DNA of 27,724 bases, taken from IMG/VR virus record IMGVR_UViG_3300031672_000008, positions 1 through 27,724 of that record, one strand, 5' to 3'. Position 1 is the stretch's first letter. Each line of letters begins with the position of its first letter. The stretch comes from a virus. Taxonomy: Duplodnaviria > Caudoviricetes. The notes beneath the pieces were generated by a model. That model worked only from the letters and a program-made list of their open reading frames with translations, did not search any database and was not told the DNA's origin. Of this stretch, positions 7,907 through 15,958 are shown one piece after another. A program made the translations under genes and the position numbers.

Positions 7907-10900
7907 ATGGCTGGGCCAGGAACAAGCACGAACGCTCAGGGCACGAACGCGCCTATGAACGATAGCGTCACGATCGCTACTGATGGAACAGCGGTCGTAC
8001 TCTGGTATGATGGCACCAACCAAAATTTTTCCTACGCTTCTTCCCCGTATACCAGTTGGACGACCACAACCCTGACCACTGGCTTTCGTTTCGCCTCGGC
8101 CGCAAACATTATGGCATCTGACAACGTACACACGGCGGCAAACCTGACATCTGGGCCACTGACGTATTTTCCTCTCACAAAATCCGGTACGTCTTACAGC
8201 ATTGGCGCAGGCACGCAGATTAGTTCAGCATCAAGTACGTATTCGCCAGGGCAAGCAGGTATCTATATCCGCGATGGGCAGAGCCGCGACTGGGTAGTGA
8301 CAAATACCAATGCGTCAACGGTTGTGCGTGCATTTTATGCAACCTCTCCGGGTACAGCCTGGACAAGCAGCCTGAGCCTGACTGCGCAAGGTGGATGCAT
8401 CGGTATGCCGGTTGCTGATATTGTCGGCAGTTATCTGGTCGTTTGTTATTTGAATTCGTCAATTGCTGGAACGTTTCGTTATGTTGATATTTCTAGCGGT
8501 ACGGTTGGTTCATGGGTAGCAGCGGCGGCAATTACGAATTGCACGGGCGACAATACCGCGACGTACTGCTTTCGCGGCAATGACAATACGAAGGGTATTC
8601 TTGCTTACAACTTTGGCGGCATTCAGGCGCAGGTATTTGATTCCACGGCGGTAAGTTGGAGTACCGTCACGACGCTTGACAGCAACGCAAACTCGCGTAA
8701 TGCCACATTGGTTTCAGCTGGTGATGACATCTACTGCTTCTGGTGCCAGTATAACGCGGCGAACAACTACGCGCTGGTCTATAAGAAGTGGACATATGCA
8801 ACTGCTACCTGGGATACGAGCGCGACGACGCTCGTTGCTTCTGGAACAAACATCAATTTCCCACAGGCCGGGTACGGCAATGGAACAATTATGGTTGCTT
8901 ATACGGTCGGAACAGCATCACCCTGGACGATCAGCGTGGCAACAATAACGCTGACAAGTACGTCAGTGCGCACAATCTCTTGTACAGCAGCATTGCAATC
9001 TACCTCTACACGTGTAATCAGCGGTGGGTTATCTTTTAATAGCGCGGCGCTTGCGTTGACTTCCGCACGTACGATCACACTCACCGGGTCGCTTTCAAGC
9101 GGAGCAGCAGCACGTACTATTCCGGCAACTGGGGCATTGCTTCAAACATCAGCACGCACGTTTGGCACAACTGGGGCTTTTCTTTCATCTGCGGCTCGCA
9201 CAATTGGCGCAAGTTGTGCGATGCTTCAGCCATCAGCGCGTACTGTTCCGGCAACCGCCGCGGTTGGTGGTGGAACAAGAACTATTCCTTCAAGTGGAGC
9301 AATCCTTGAAATAGGGGTGTGCTCTCTTTCCGCGACCGTCTCGGTATCGCAACAAGCATCACGCACGATTCCAACAACCGTTGCGCTTCTTGCGATAAAA
9401 ACGCGCACGATGGCAACAACCGTTGCTGTCCTTCTTCCGGCAGCACGTTCCGTGAGTCAAACATCCGCGCTTGGAACAACAGCAGGACGCACGATTGCAA
9501 TAACTGGGGCGATTGGGCAAACAGCGGTACGCTTGATACTAACGACCAGTGCGCTTTTGCAGGTAGGAACGCGAACCATTGGAGATACGGCGGCGCTCCT
9601 GTCAGCAGCTCATCGAACTATTCCACTTACAGGTGCGCTTCTTGCACAACGAACGATTCCGGTAAGTGCAGTAGCTTTACTCACATCTGCACGGGTTGTT
9701 TCTGCAACAGCAGCACTCTTGCAAACGCCAGTACGCACAATGACGGGAACAGGTGCGCTCCTGCAAACGTCAGTGCGCACCATTCCAGGAACTGTCGCAC
9801 TGCTGACGCAAAATCAAGCACGCACGCTTGGAGTGACGGGTGCACTGCTTCAAACGAGTGCCAGGACAATTTCCTGTACCCTATCGCTTTCATTGACGGG
9901 AAATTATACACGGACTATTCCTGGTACGGGTGCTCTGCTTCAGACAAATCAGCGGGTGATTGCTGCTACGGTGGCAGTACAGACAACGGGGTTGTCGAGA
10001 ACGGTTGGAGCAACTACGGCAATTGGCTTCACGTTCACACGGGTACTGCCATCGTCCGCAGCGATGGTGCAAACAGGAACTCGTACGCTTTCAGCAACAG
10101 CCGCGGTGCTTTTGAGGACTTCTCGAACGGCAGCAAGCTCAAGCGCACTCGTGCAAACAGGAACGCGCGCGGTATCGGAAACGGCGGCGTTGTCTGGTTC
10201 TTTTGTGCGCACGGTTTCGCTTTCAGTGACGCTTTCTGGTGGAACGCGCAGTATTCCAGCAACGATTGCTATTCTAAAAACGGCTGTGCGTCTGGTATCA
10301 GCAAATGGAGCAGTCCAACAAACTGGTTCCCGGAATATTCTTGCCTCTGTTGCTTCTCTGCAAACGGCAGTTCGCACAGTTGGAACGAGTTGTACTGCGC
10401 AAACAACGATGGCACGAACGGTTTCCGCAACAGCCGCGTTTGGAGCTGGAGCAGCACGCATGTGCCCTGCAACGGTTGCACTGTCACTTGTTGGTTTTCG
10501 TAGCATTGCGCTCACGGGGGCGTTGGATAGTTCCCTCTATCACAGTATCGGAACAAGTGTTTCGCTGGTGCAAACACAGGCACGATCTGTTGCATCAACG
10601 AGTGCATTGTTGTCTATAATGGGGCGGTCGCTTGGACTTTCGGCAGCGGTGTTGAGTACGAGTGAAAGGCAAACGGCAGCGTCTGCGGCACTGTTGCAAA
10701 CGGCAACACGCGGAGTTTCTGATGATAGTGCGCTTCTTGCAACATCATCACGAACTATTCCAGCGACGGCGCACCTGGAGACTTCCGGGTTTAATCTGCT
10801 GCGGGCGATTGCAGCAGATGCGGCATTGCAGCAAACAACACGGCGCATAGTGCTTTGCTCGGTTGTGTTGCTGTCGGCAAATGCGATGGTTCTTTTGCGG

Positions 10901-11044
10901 AGCGGAAAAGGGGATATGCGTCTGCGGAGCGGAAAAGGGGATATGCGTCTGCGGAGCGGAAAAGGGGATATGCGTCTGCGGAGCGGCTCCGCGAGTCTTC
11001 AGACGCGCAGCGGGAAAGCGGATGTACGCGCCCGCACGTCTTGA
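7907..11044 (+). CDS. Large Thr/Ala/Ser-rich probable virion fibre or adhesin: beta-rich N-terminal domain plus about 40 degenerate 15-17-aa repeats
   Basis: AGGAG RBS. The first ~350 aa contain propeller-like S/T-W-T/S motifs; from ~8969 the repeats have consensus RTIxATAALLQTxx; the C-terminus has LRSGKGDMR repeats. Confidence 0.7.
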   Translation: MAGPGTSTNAQGTNAPMNDSVTIATDGTAVVLWYDGTNQNFSYASSPYTSWTTTTLTTGFRFASAANIMASDNVHTAANLTSGPLTYFPLTKSGTSYSIGAGTQISSASSTYSPGQAGIYIRDGQSRDWVVTNTNASTVVRAFYATSPGTAWTSSLSLTAQGGCIGMPVADIVGSYLVVCYLNSSIAGTFRYVDISSGTVGSWVAAAAITNCTGDNTATYCFRGNDNTKGILAYNFGGIQAQVFDSTAVSWSTVTTLDSNANSRNATLVSAGDDIYCFWCQYNAANNYALVYKKWTYATATWDTSATTLVASGTNINFPQAGYGNGTIMVAYTVGTASPWTISVATITLTSTSVRTISCTAALQSTSTRVISGGLSFNSAALALTSARTITLTGSLSSGAAARTIPATGALLQTSARTFGTTGAFLSSAARTIGASCAMLQPSARTVPATAAVGGGTRTIPSSGAILEIGVCSLSATVSVSQQASRTIPTTVALLAIKTRTMATTVAVLLPAARSVSQTSALGTTAGRTIAITGAIGQTAVRLILTTSALLQVGTRTIGDTAALLSAAHRTIPLTGALLAQRTIPVSAVALLTSARVVSATAALLQTPVRTMTGTGALLQTSVRTIPGTVALLTQNQARTLGVTGALLQTSARTISCTLSLSLTGNYTRTIPGTGALLQTNQRVIAATVAVQTTGLSRTVGATTAIGFTFTRVLPSSAAMVQTGTRTLSATAAVLLRTSRTAASSSALVQTGTRAVSETAALSGSFVRTVSLSVTLSGGTRSIPATIAILKTAVRLVSANGAVQQTGSRNILASVASLQTAVRTVGTSCTAQTTMARTVSATAAFGAGAARMCPATVALSLVGFRSIALTGALDSSLYHSIGTSVSLVQTQARSVASTSALLSIMGRSLGLSAAVLSTSERQTAASAALLQTATRGVSDDSALLATSSRTIPATAHLETSGFNLLRAIAADAALQQTTRRIVLCSVVLLSANAMVLLRSGKGDMRLRSGKGDMRLRSGKGDMRLRSGSASLQTRSGKADVRARTS
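10896..10986 (+). repeat. 27-nt tandem repeat, 3 full copies plus 10 nt
   Basis: TGCGGAGCGGAAAAGGGGATATGCGTC x3 identical, encoding LRSGKGDMR. Confidence 0.95.
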
Positions 11045-11068
11045 TTGTTTTAGAAAGGATTTACAAAC

Positions 11069-11590
11069 ATGGGAGCATGCGTAGCACAAGCGCAAATCGG
11101 TACAGGGTCGAGCGTCACCTGGGCGAACGCCGAAACTGGCGCAAAGTTTTCACGGGAAGATTCGTTGGCTGGGACAACTCCGGTGCCGATTCCAACGGCG
11201 ACAGGAACGAACTTCTCGTGGATTAAAAATTTTGTACTGGCCGTCACGACGCTCGGTACGACAAACATTTCCAACAGGCGCATTTCCATGTCAGGTGCTG
11301 CTGCAAGTGGGCTTCAACTCTTCTGGAAAGGTGTCGCAGTAGCATCCTATGTTCAAGCAGCATCTGGCTCAATGCCGACGGCTTCTGGTACTAACGGCGC
11401 TACACCAGCTGGGTATACGCTGATGACAACTTCGCTCGTAGTGTACGATTCAGCATCCGTTTCTTCTGGCTCAACTGGGCCAAACGGCATGATGGCAGTC
11501 TGCTGCCTGGGTGTAGACTTCACCTTCGCTGGGGGGCCTGGCTCGGCTACGGCACTTCCGAGTATATCGCTCACGTATGACGAAGCCTGA
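11069..11590 (+). CDS. Probable virion structural protein (Gly/Ser/Thr-rich, ends TYDEA)
   Basis: AAAGGA RBS; beta-rich composition; lies in the structural island. Confidence 0.65.
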   Translation: MGACVAQAQIGTGSSVTWANAETGAKFSREDSLAGTTPVPIPTATGTNFSWIKNFVLAVTTLGTTNISNRRISMSGAAASGLQLFWKGVAVASYVQAASGSMPTASGTNGATPAGYTLMTTSLVVYDSASVSSGSTGPNGMMAVCCLGVDFTFAGGPGSATALPSISLTYDEA

Positions 11591-11608
11591 GCCTCTGATA
11601 AAATAGAC

Positions 11609-11846
11609 ATGTTAACAAAATAACCAGAAAAACAACGAGAATCGCAATGGAGCGTACAGCACGTCGAAATCGGGGATGCGCGGCATCTCGACGCACAAGT
11701 GTAAGCCGAGCGGACTGATGTACGTGTTTCGCTGCCACTCGGTACGATGTAAAAAGGCAAAGTACTTCCCGTACGCGGACGAAGGTTTGAAAGCCGCTCA
11801 GGCGTTTGCGGAAGCGCACTTTGCGGTAATGGAATTGTTAGAATAG
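11609..11846 (+). pseudogene. Remnant of an HNH/AP2-type homing endonuclease gene
   Basis: TGATAAAAT followed by a short ATG TTA ACA AAA TAA. A frame from 11619 reads NNQKNNENRNGAYSTSKSGMRGISTHK...KYFPYADEGLKAAQAFAE to TAG 11844-11846, resembling the NxxNR...SKSGxRGV linker and DNA-binding tail of HNH-AP2 enzymes. The HNH core is missing. Confidence 0.55.
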
Positions 11847-11875
11847 TCTAGTGATTATTAGTAGAACGGTAGGGG

Positions 11876-12244
11876 GTGTTCATGATAGACATTTCGCAGA
11901 ATCGCCAGATGGACGGCTACATCTGGCAGGCAGTGTATACCGATGAAACGGTGATTGGAGAGTATGATGTTTTGGAGGGACGTGGTTTCTCTGAGGTGGA
12001 CGTGTCGCGGGTAAAGACGCTGTTGCTGCTTGGCAATGGCGGTGCGCACGCGATAGCTGTTCCTGATGGAGCGGAGCCGGTATTCTTTCGCAGGAGACGG
12101 GCAACGCTTGAACTTTTTGACGCGAGCGACAATGCCTGGAATACGACGCACTGCATTGGTTGGCGCATGGGTAAGCAAGAAGTGTACCACTTTGTGTTTG
12201 AGGATGATTCAACGCTTGTCACCAGTGACTTTCAGGCGGTATAA
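11876..12244 (+). CDS. Phage hypothetical protein
   Basis: AGGGGG RBS (GTG 11876 or ATG 11882); WQAVYTD...PVFFRRR...HCIGW. Confidence 0.75.
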   Translation: MFMIDISQNRQMDGYIWQAVYTDETVIGEYDVLEGRGFSEVDVSRVKTLLLLGNGGAHAIAVPDGAEPVFFRRRRATLELFDASDNAWNTTHCIGWRMGKQEVYHFVFEDDSTLVTSDFQAV

Positions 12245-12246
12245 GC

Positions 12247-12588
12247 ATGACTATCATTTTTGAAGACTTTTCTCCCATTTTTGTGGGTGATACGCTTACG
12301 CCATTCGCGCCAGTTTTTCAGCAAATCAATCAGACGACAGGCAAATTGGAGCCAGTAAACCTGACCGGACTCACGATGACGATGAAGATGTCATCGGGTC
12401 CGGTCACGAAAACATGTACCGGCCCCTGGGTGACTGATGACGCCGCAAATGGTCTGGCGCACTATACCTACGAGGCAGCGGACGTCAACACGGTCGGCCT
12501 CTGGCAAATGCAAATTGCGCTTTCTGACAGCAGTGGGGACGTAGCGCACACGGATATGAAATTGCTGGAAATACAGACTCCGCTCTAA
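12247..12588 (+). CDS. BppU N-terminal-like Ig-fold structural protein
   Basis: GDTxxF...PVNLTG..MTM...DAANG...YxYxxxD..TVGxWxMQI pattern typical of BppU_N-like domains. Confidence 0.65.
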   Translation: MTIIFEDFSPIFVGDTLTPFAPVFQQINQTTGKLEPVNLTGLTMTMKMSSGPVTKTCTGPWVTDDAANGLAHYTYEAADVNTVGLWQMQIALSDSSGDVAHTDMKLLEIQTPL

Positions 12589-12589
12589 A

Positions 12590-12622
12590 ACGGTGAACGA
12601 TGTTTCTCACCGTACTTTTTCT
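12590..12622 (+). terminator. Probable intrinsic terminator
   Basis: ACGGTGA / TCACCGT stem followed by ACTTTTTCTT. Confidence 0.55.
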
Positions 12623-12631
12623 TCTCGTTTG

Positions 12632-12677
12632 CATATCATGAAAAAACCTTGACATTTAGCTAAAAAAATAGTATAAT
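12632..12677 (+). promoter_or_regulatory. Consensus sigma70-type promoter
   Basis: TTGACA (12649-12654)-17 nt-TATAAT (12672-12677); upstream block shared with 4505-4531. Confidence 0.9.
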
Positions 12678-12730
12678 AGATATGTAAGGGAAAGGTTCCC
12701 TACAAGAAACGAAATCAGGGGTAAAAAATA

Positions 12731-13051
12731 ATGGCAACATTTAATCCAGTTAAAGATGCGAATCGGCAGATTGAAAAAACTGTTGAGGATATAGATACCC
12801 GTTTATCACGCATGATTAAGGAATTGCAGAAACTGCAAAGTATTGTTGCTATGCAGCAAACCAGTCAAATTACTGGTCAACAGCTGGTGTACAGTCAGCC
12901 AGCCACGAATGTCACACGTGGGTTTTTCGCTCATGATGTGGCGGAACTTGGTACGAGTTTGAGTAGGATTGCAGCACTTGGCGACGCGCTTGAGATGTTT
13001 ACGCATCCGAACGCTCTGGTCCCTCAGATACAGAAAGAAGATATAGAATAA
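12731..13051 (+). CDS. Hypothetical helical protein
   Basis: AGGGG RBS; coiled-coil-like N-terminal half. Confidence 0.75.
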   Translation: MATFNPVKDANRQIEKTVEDIDTRLSRMIKELQKLQSIVAMQQTSQITGQQLVYSQPATNVTRGFFAHDVAELGTSLSRIAALGDALEMFTHPNALVPQIQKEDIE

Positions 13052-13335
13052 TGGCAAAATATACAAGCGCACAGGCGTTAAAACGTATTGATGATGAAAT
13101 TGTCTATCGAACTGCAACGGCTATTCAGAAAGCAGAAGAAGCGGTTGCAGCTTTGGAAAAGTTTATTGCGGAGGTGAAGCGGGGTGAGCTTGGTGGGTAT
13201 GCTACCAGTGCGTTGTTGCAGGGAAGTATCGCCAGTATGGTCACGGAAGCATCCAGTCAGGCCGGATTGACGCTTGGGTATCTGGCTGCCAACAGCGAGT
13301 ATATACTGGCGGGGGTACTTGAGGAGACAAAATGA
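13051..13335 (+). CDS. Hypothetical helical protein
   Basis: TAATG coupling. Confidence 0.75.
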   Translation: MAKYTSAQALKRIDDEIVYRTATAIQKAEEAVAALEKFIAEVKRGELGGYATSALLQGSIASMVTEASSQAGLTLGYLAANSEYILAGVLEETK

Positions 13336-13586
13336 CTATTGCCTTTACAGGAACGCGCCAACTGCATACGCAAGGTATGCTCATCGTTGCAGAAGTTCTT
13401 GACGAGGTACTTGATAGGCAGGGCGATTCCACATTCATCCTGATTGCTTTTCCTGAAGCGCCAGAACAACATCCGAGCCAGAAACGATCTGGTACCTGGA
13501 TGACGGTGCGCATGGCGTTGAAGGACGGGAAAGCTGTTGAGATATATCCACTGTGGAGGGGGAATGGGTTTTCAAGAACGGTATGA
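13332..13586 (+). CDS. Internally shortened SLOG-superfamily (YspA/DprA-like) protein
   Basis: Has the N-terminal IAFTGTR and C-terminal LIAFP...SGTWMTVRMA...GKAVEI motifs but lacks the central GGAxGxD...RN segment. Confidence 0.6.
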   Translation: MTIAFTGTRQLHTQGMLIVAEVLDEVLDRQGDSTFILIAFPEAPEQHPSQKRSGTWMTVRMALKDGKAVEIYPLWRGNGFSRTV

Positions 13587-13971
13587 AGAATCGTATATTA
13601 TGTCGGTTGAGAAGCCGTTGCTCTTGATACGAGACAGCAGCGGCGAAACGTATGAAGGGCAAACGGGCGGCGTCTGCTGCCTGCACCCGGAGGCGACCGG
13701 TTTCCTCTTCAATCTGCATCGTGCCGGGAAACTTGGTCGGCGTCTTGATGGCGAACATCACCGCAAGTGGTGTGGGTTTATTGACGGTGAAGGACTTGCT
13801 GAGATAGATCGGCACTTTGCTGAACTTGCTGTTCCGCTCATGACAACTGGTGGTTGGAGCCATGAAGGCTGGGTGAGCGTCGAGGTTGTGGAAAGCTCTG
13901 ATGATGAGTGGGGCTATCTTCAACCGTATGTCGGGCGAAGCGGCATATTGATTTGGAACAATTGCGATTAA
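13564..13971 (+). CDS. Hypothetical protein resembling DUF6210
   Basis: QTGGVCCLHPE...HEGWV...GILIWNNCD; GGAGGGG RBS before ATG 13564. The family call is from memory of the motif pattern. Confidence 0.55.
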   Translation: MGFQERYEESYIMSVEKPLLLIRDSSGETYEGQTGGVCCLHPEATGFLFNLHRAGKLGRRLDGEHHRKWCGFIDGEGLAEIDRHFAELAVPLMTTGGWSHEGWVSVEVVESSDDEWGYLQPYVGRSGILIWNNCD

Positions 13972-13982
13972 GGGAGGCAGCA

Positions 13983-14423
13983 ATGCAAAAAATGTTTTTA
14001 TCGTTTTCAAATTTGATGCACCAGCTTGTTGGCGGCACGGTGACAGAATCTGACCTTGACAGCGGGCTCTTTTACTTTGGCTGTACACGTATTGCAGCTC
14101 TTGGATTGCCTCCTGGCGCCTCGCTCTCCCTGATTGTAGCGGACAGCGCAACTAATTACGAGCAGTTTGTATCGCTTCTGGTGCATGTACTGCGCCCGGC
14201 GCTTAATCAAGCGGAACGGGAAGACCGGGTGGCCTGGCGTGCGAAAAATAGTGCGCAAACAGTTGTCCAGTTTGAAGCGCTGCTCGCAAAGAATCTGGTT
14301 CTGCCGTCTCGACAGCGCACCATTCGTGAGCAACAGGAATATGACACGGTATGTCATAGTTTTGGTGGGAATCCGAATGTTGCTGAGGCATTCGGGAATT
14401 ACCCGTTGGAGTTTGTGCTATGA
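13983..14423 (+). CDS. Hypothetical protein
   Basis: GGGAGG RBS before ATG 13983. Confidence 0.75.
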   Translation: MQKMFLSFSNLMHQLVGGTVTESDLDSGLFYFGCTRIAALGLPPGASLSLIVADSATNYEQFVSLLVHVLRPALNQAEREDRVAWRAKNSAQTVVQFEALLAKNLVLPSRQRTIREQQEYDTVCHSFGGNPNVAEAFGNYPLEFVL

Positions 14424-14590
14424 GGAAAAAAGCGTTGTCTGCTGAGCAACGAATGGATCGAAGCGTCCGGCGTATCAACCGATATGGCCTGGCTGCTCAG
14501 ATAGTGACAGGGGTTTTTGTCGTCGCGATGCTCCTCGTGGTATGCGTCATCCTCGTTGTTTTGGCACATATTCCACTCACGTGGCCGTAA
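14420..14590 (+). CDS. Small single-TM protein (56 aa, below the track cutoff)
   Basis: ATGA overlap; MRKKALSAEQRMDRSVRRINRYGLAAQIVTGVFVVAMLLVVCVILVVLAHIPLTWP. Confidence 0.7.
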   Translation: MRKKALSAEQRMDRSVRRINRYGLAAQIVTGVFVVAMLLVVCVILVVLAHIPLTWP

Positions 14591-14602
14591 GGAGGTTTTT
14601 TA

Positions 14603-14728
14603 ATGAGACAACAAGAATCGGAAAAAAAGGTACGAAGAGCGATCAGCATTTTTCTCATGATTACACTGACGGTTGCCGTACTCTGCTTGATTGCACTTCT
14701 TGCAATCAACGCTGGCATGGTACATTGA
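14603..14728 (+). CDS. Small single-TM protein (41 aa, below the track cutoff)
   Basis: AAGGAGG RBS; MRQQESEKKVRRAISIFLMITLTVAVLCLIALLAINAGMVH. Confidence 0.75.
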   Translation: MRQQESEKKVRRAISIFLMITLTVAVLCLIALLAINAGMVH

Positions 14729-14753
14729 CATCAGTAAAAAAGGATGTGATAGA

Positions 14754-15116
14754 ATGATGCAAGCTGAGATAGATGTGTGTGTCGAACTGCTTCATGATAT
14801 GCGGACGAAGTGGTACGCAACACACCCGAAAGAGTGTCCGCTACGTAAAGATCGCTTGCCCTGGCATTTCGCACTTTCCTGGTTATTGGAGTTGGAATTG
14901 TACTTGCGCTGGTATCGCCGTGGCGAAGGCGAAAACATCCTGAACCAGTTTTACGCCTGGACGGTCAGCTGGCAGAAGGAACACGAATTGCATGGGTGCG
15001 GGCATGAGCGCGATTGGGAGAGTTTGTTTCTCTCGAAGGTAGATATGATTACCGCGTGCGCACAGGAGGCAATTGATCGTGAACGATCTGCGTCCGGAAG
15101 TACAGAGGCTCATTGA
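14754..15116 (+). CDS. Hypothetical Trp-rich protein
   Basis: AAGGA RBS before ATG 14754. Confidence 0.7.
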   Translation: MMQAEIDVCVELLHDMRTKWYATHPKECPLRKDRLPWHFALSWLLELELYLRWYRRGEGENILNQFYAWTVSWQKEHELHGCGHERDWESLFLSKVDMITACAQEAIDRERSASGSTEAH

Positions 15117-15423
15117 GTATTATAGAGCCTTGCTGGATATGGCTGCCTATACGCCCATCACGGTAGAAAATCGTGAGCAAGAAGTCGGACGTATGGCGGC
15201 CTATCACTCACTTATCAACTCACTTCAGACAGGGAGAGACCCACCGGAACTGCTAGGTATGTGCAAGGCGTTTCGGGTAACGGAGGAAAATGGTGAGTGG
15301 ACGGTTGGTGAGCAGTCGGGCATATTCCAGGTCTACCAGCATGCTGGAGAGACCTTCGCATTTCTCACAGGAGAAGGAAAGGAGCAGTATGAAACGCAGT
15401 CGGAAAATGACAGCAGTCATTGA
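15073..15423 (+). CDS. Hypothetical protein
   Basis: AGGAGG RBS before TTG 15073 or GTG 15079. Confidence 0.7.
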   Translation: MIVNDLRPEVQRLIEYYRALLDMAAYTPITVENREQEVGRMAAYHSLINSLQTGRDPPELLGMCKAFRVTEENGEWTVGEQSGIFQVYQHAGETFAFLTGEGKEQYETQSENDSSH

Positions 15424-15847
15424 GGTAACATGGTTGGAGCGCGAGGACGACGAAACGCAGTGCGGCGTTCCGCAAGAGCTGCATGAGCTGACTGGTGAAC
15501 TAGTGGAAAAGATACTCTTGAAACTCGACACAGATGAAACGGAAGTTGAGACGGTCGCAATCCTTTCTTTGGAAGAGCAGACGCTCCCTTGCTCGCATCT
15601 TGTTGCGACGCGTATTCGCCAGACTGCCAGGGAATCGGGATTTTCCGCCTGGGAGTGCTTATTGTCTGATGAGCGTGTTGCTATGGTCTGCTATTTGGAC
15701 GACGCGCTGGTAGTGCAGCTTGATGGAAAGGAGATTGCCCGCGAAACCGACCTGTTTGGAACTATCTATAAGGTGTTGGATACGCAAGAAATGCTAGATT
15801 TTCTCGGTTTTGGCGTGCAAAAGTCGGTAAGCGTGCCAGCGGCCTAG
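15389..15847 (+). CDS. Hypothetical acidic protein
   Basis: AAGGAG RBS before ATG 15389. Confidence 0.7.
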   Translation: MKRSRKMTAVIEVTWLEREDDETQCGVPQELHELTGELVEKILLKLDTDETEVETVAILSLEEQTLPCSHLVATRIRQTARESGFSAWECLLSDERVAMVCYLDDALVVQLDGKEIARETDLFGTIYKVLDTQEMLDFLGFGVQKSVSVPAA

Positions 15848-15865
15848 CTTTTTCTCATAGCACTA

Positions 15866-15874
15866 TGCTATACT
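15866..15874 (+). promoter_or_regulatory. Extended -10 promoter upstream of the portal gene
   Basis: TGCTATACT; the same 9-mer occurs at 7495 and 26175; no consensus -35. Confidence 0.6.
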
Positions 15875-15884
15875 TTGCACAGAC

Positions 15885-15957
15885 AAGCGCTTTTTTCAAA
15901 TGTACAGAAACGAAAACCTTGAGTGTTCCGTTGTCTGGACAGTTGAGAAGAGCGTTT
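15885..15957 (+). promoter_or_regulatory. Long 5' leader hairpin sequestering the portal RBS
   Basis: 15885-15912 pairs with 15929-15957: 26 pairs including 3 G-U, with two A-G mismatches and one bulge. The 3' arm holds GAGAAGAG and ends at 15957, one base before ATG 15959. Confidence 0.7.
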
Positions 15958-15958
15958 C

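Noticed and set aside
9319-10619. 394-aa and other alternative-frame or antisense ORFs inside the 1045-aa gene
   Set aside because: Expected by-products of repetitive Thr/Ala codons; no RBS or protein-like features.
10896-10986. 27-nt direct repeats as a CRISPR array
   Set aside because: The copies are head-to-tail with no spacers, are a multiple of 3 inside a CDS, and no cas genes are present.
14420-14728. Small membrane proteins here and at 271-569, 2009 and 5181 as holins or spanins
   Set aside because: No endolysin nearby, no lipobox seen, and they sit in early-type operons.
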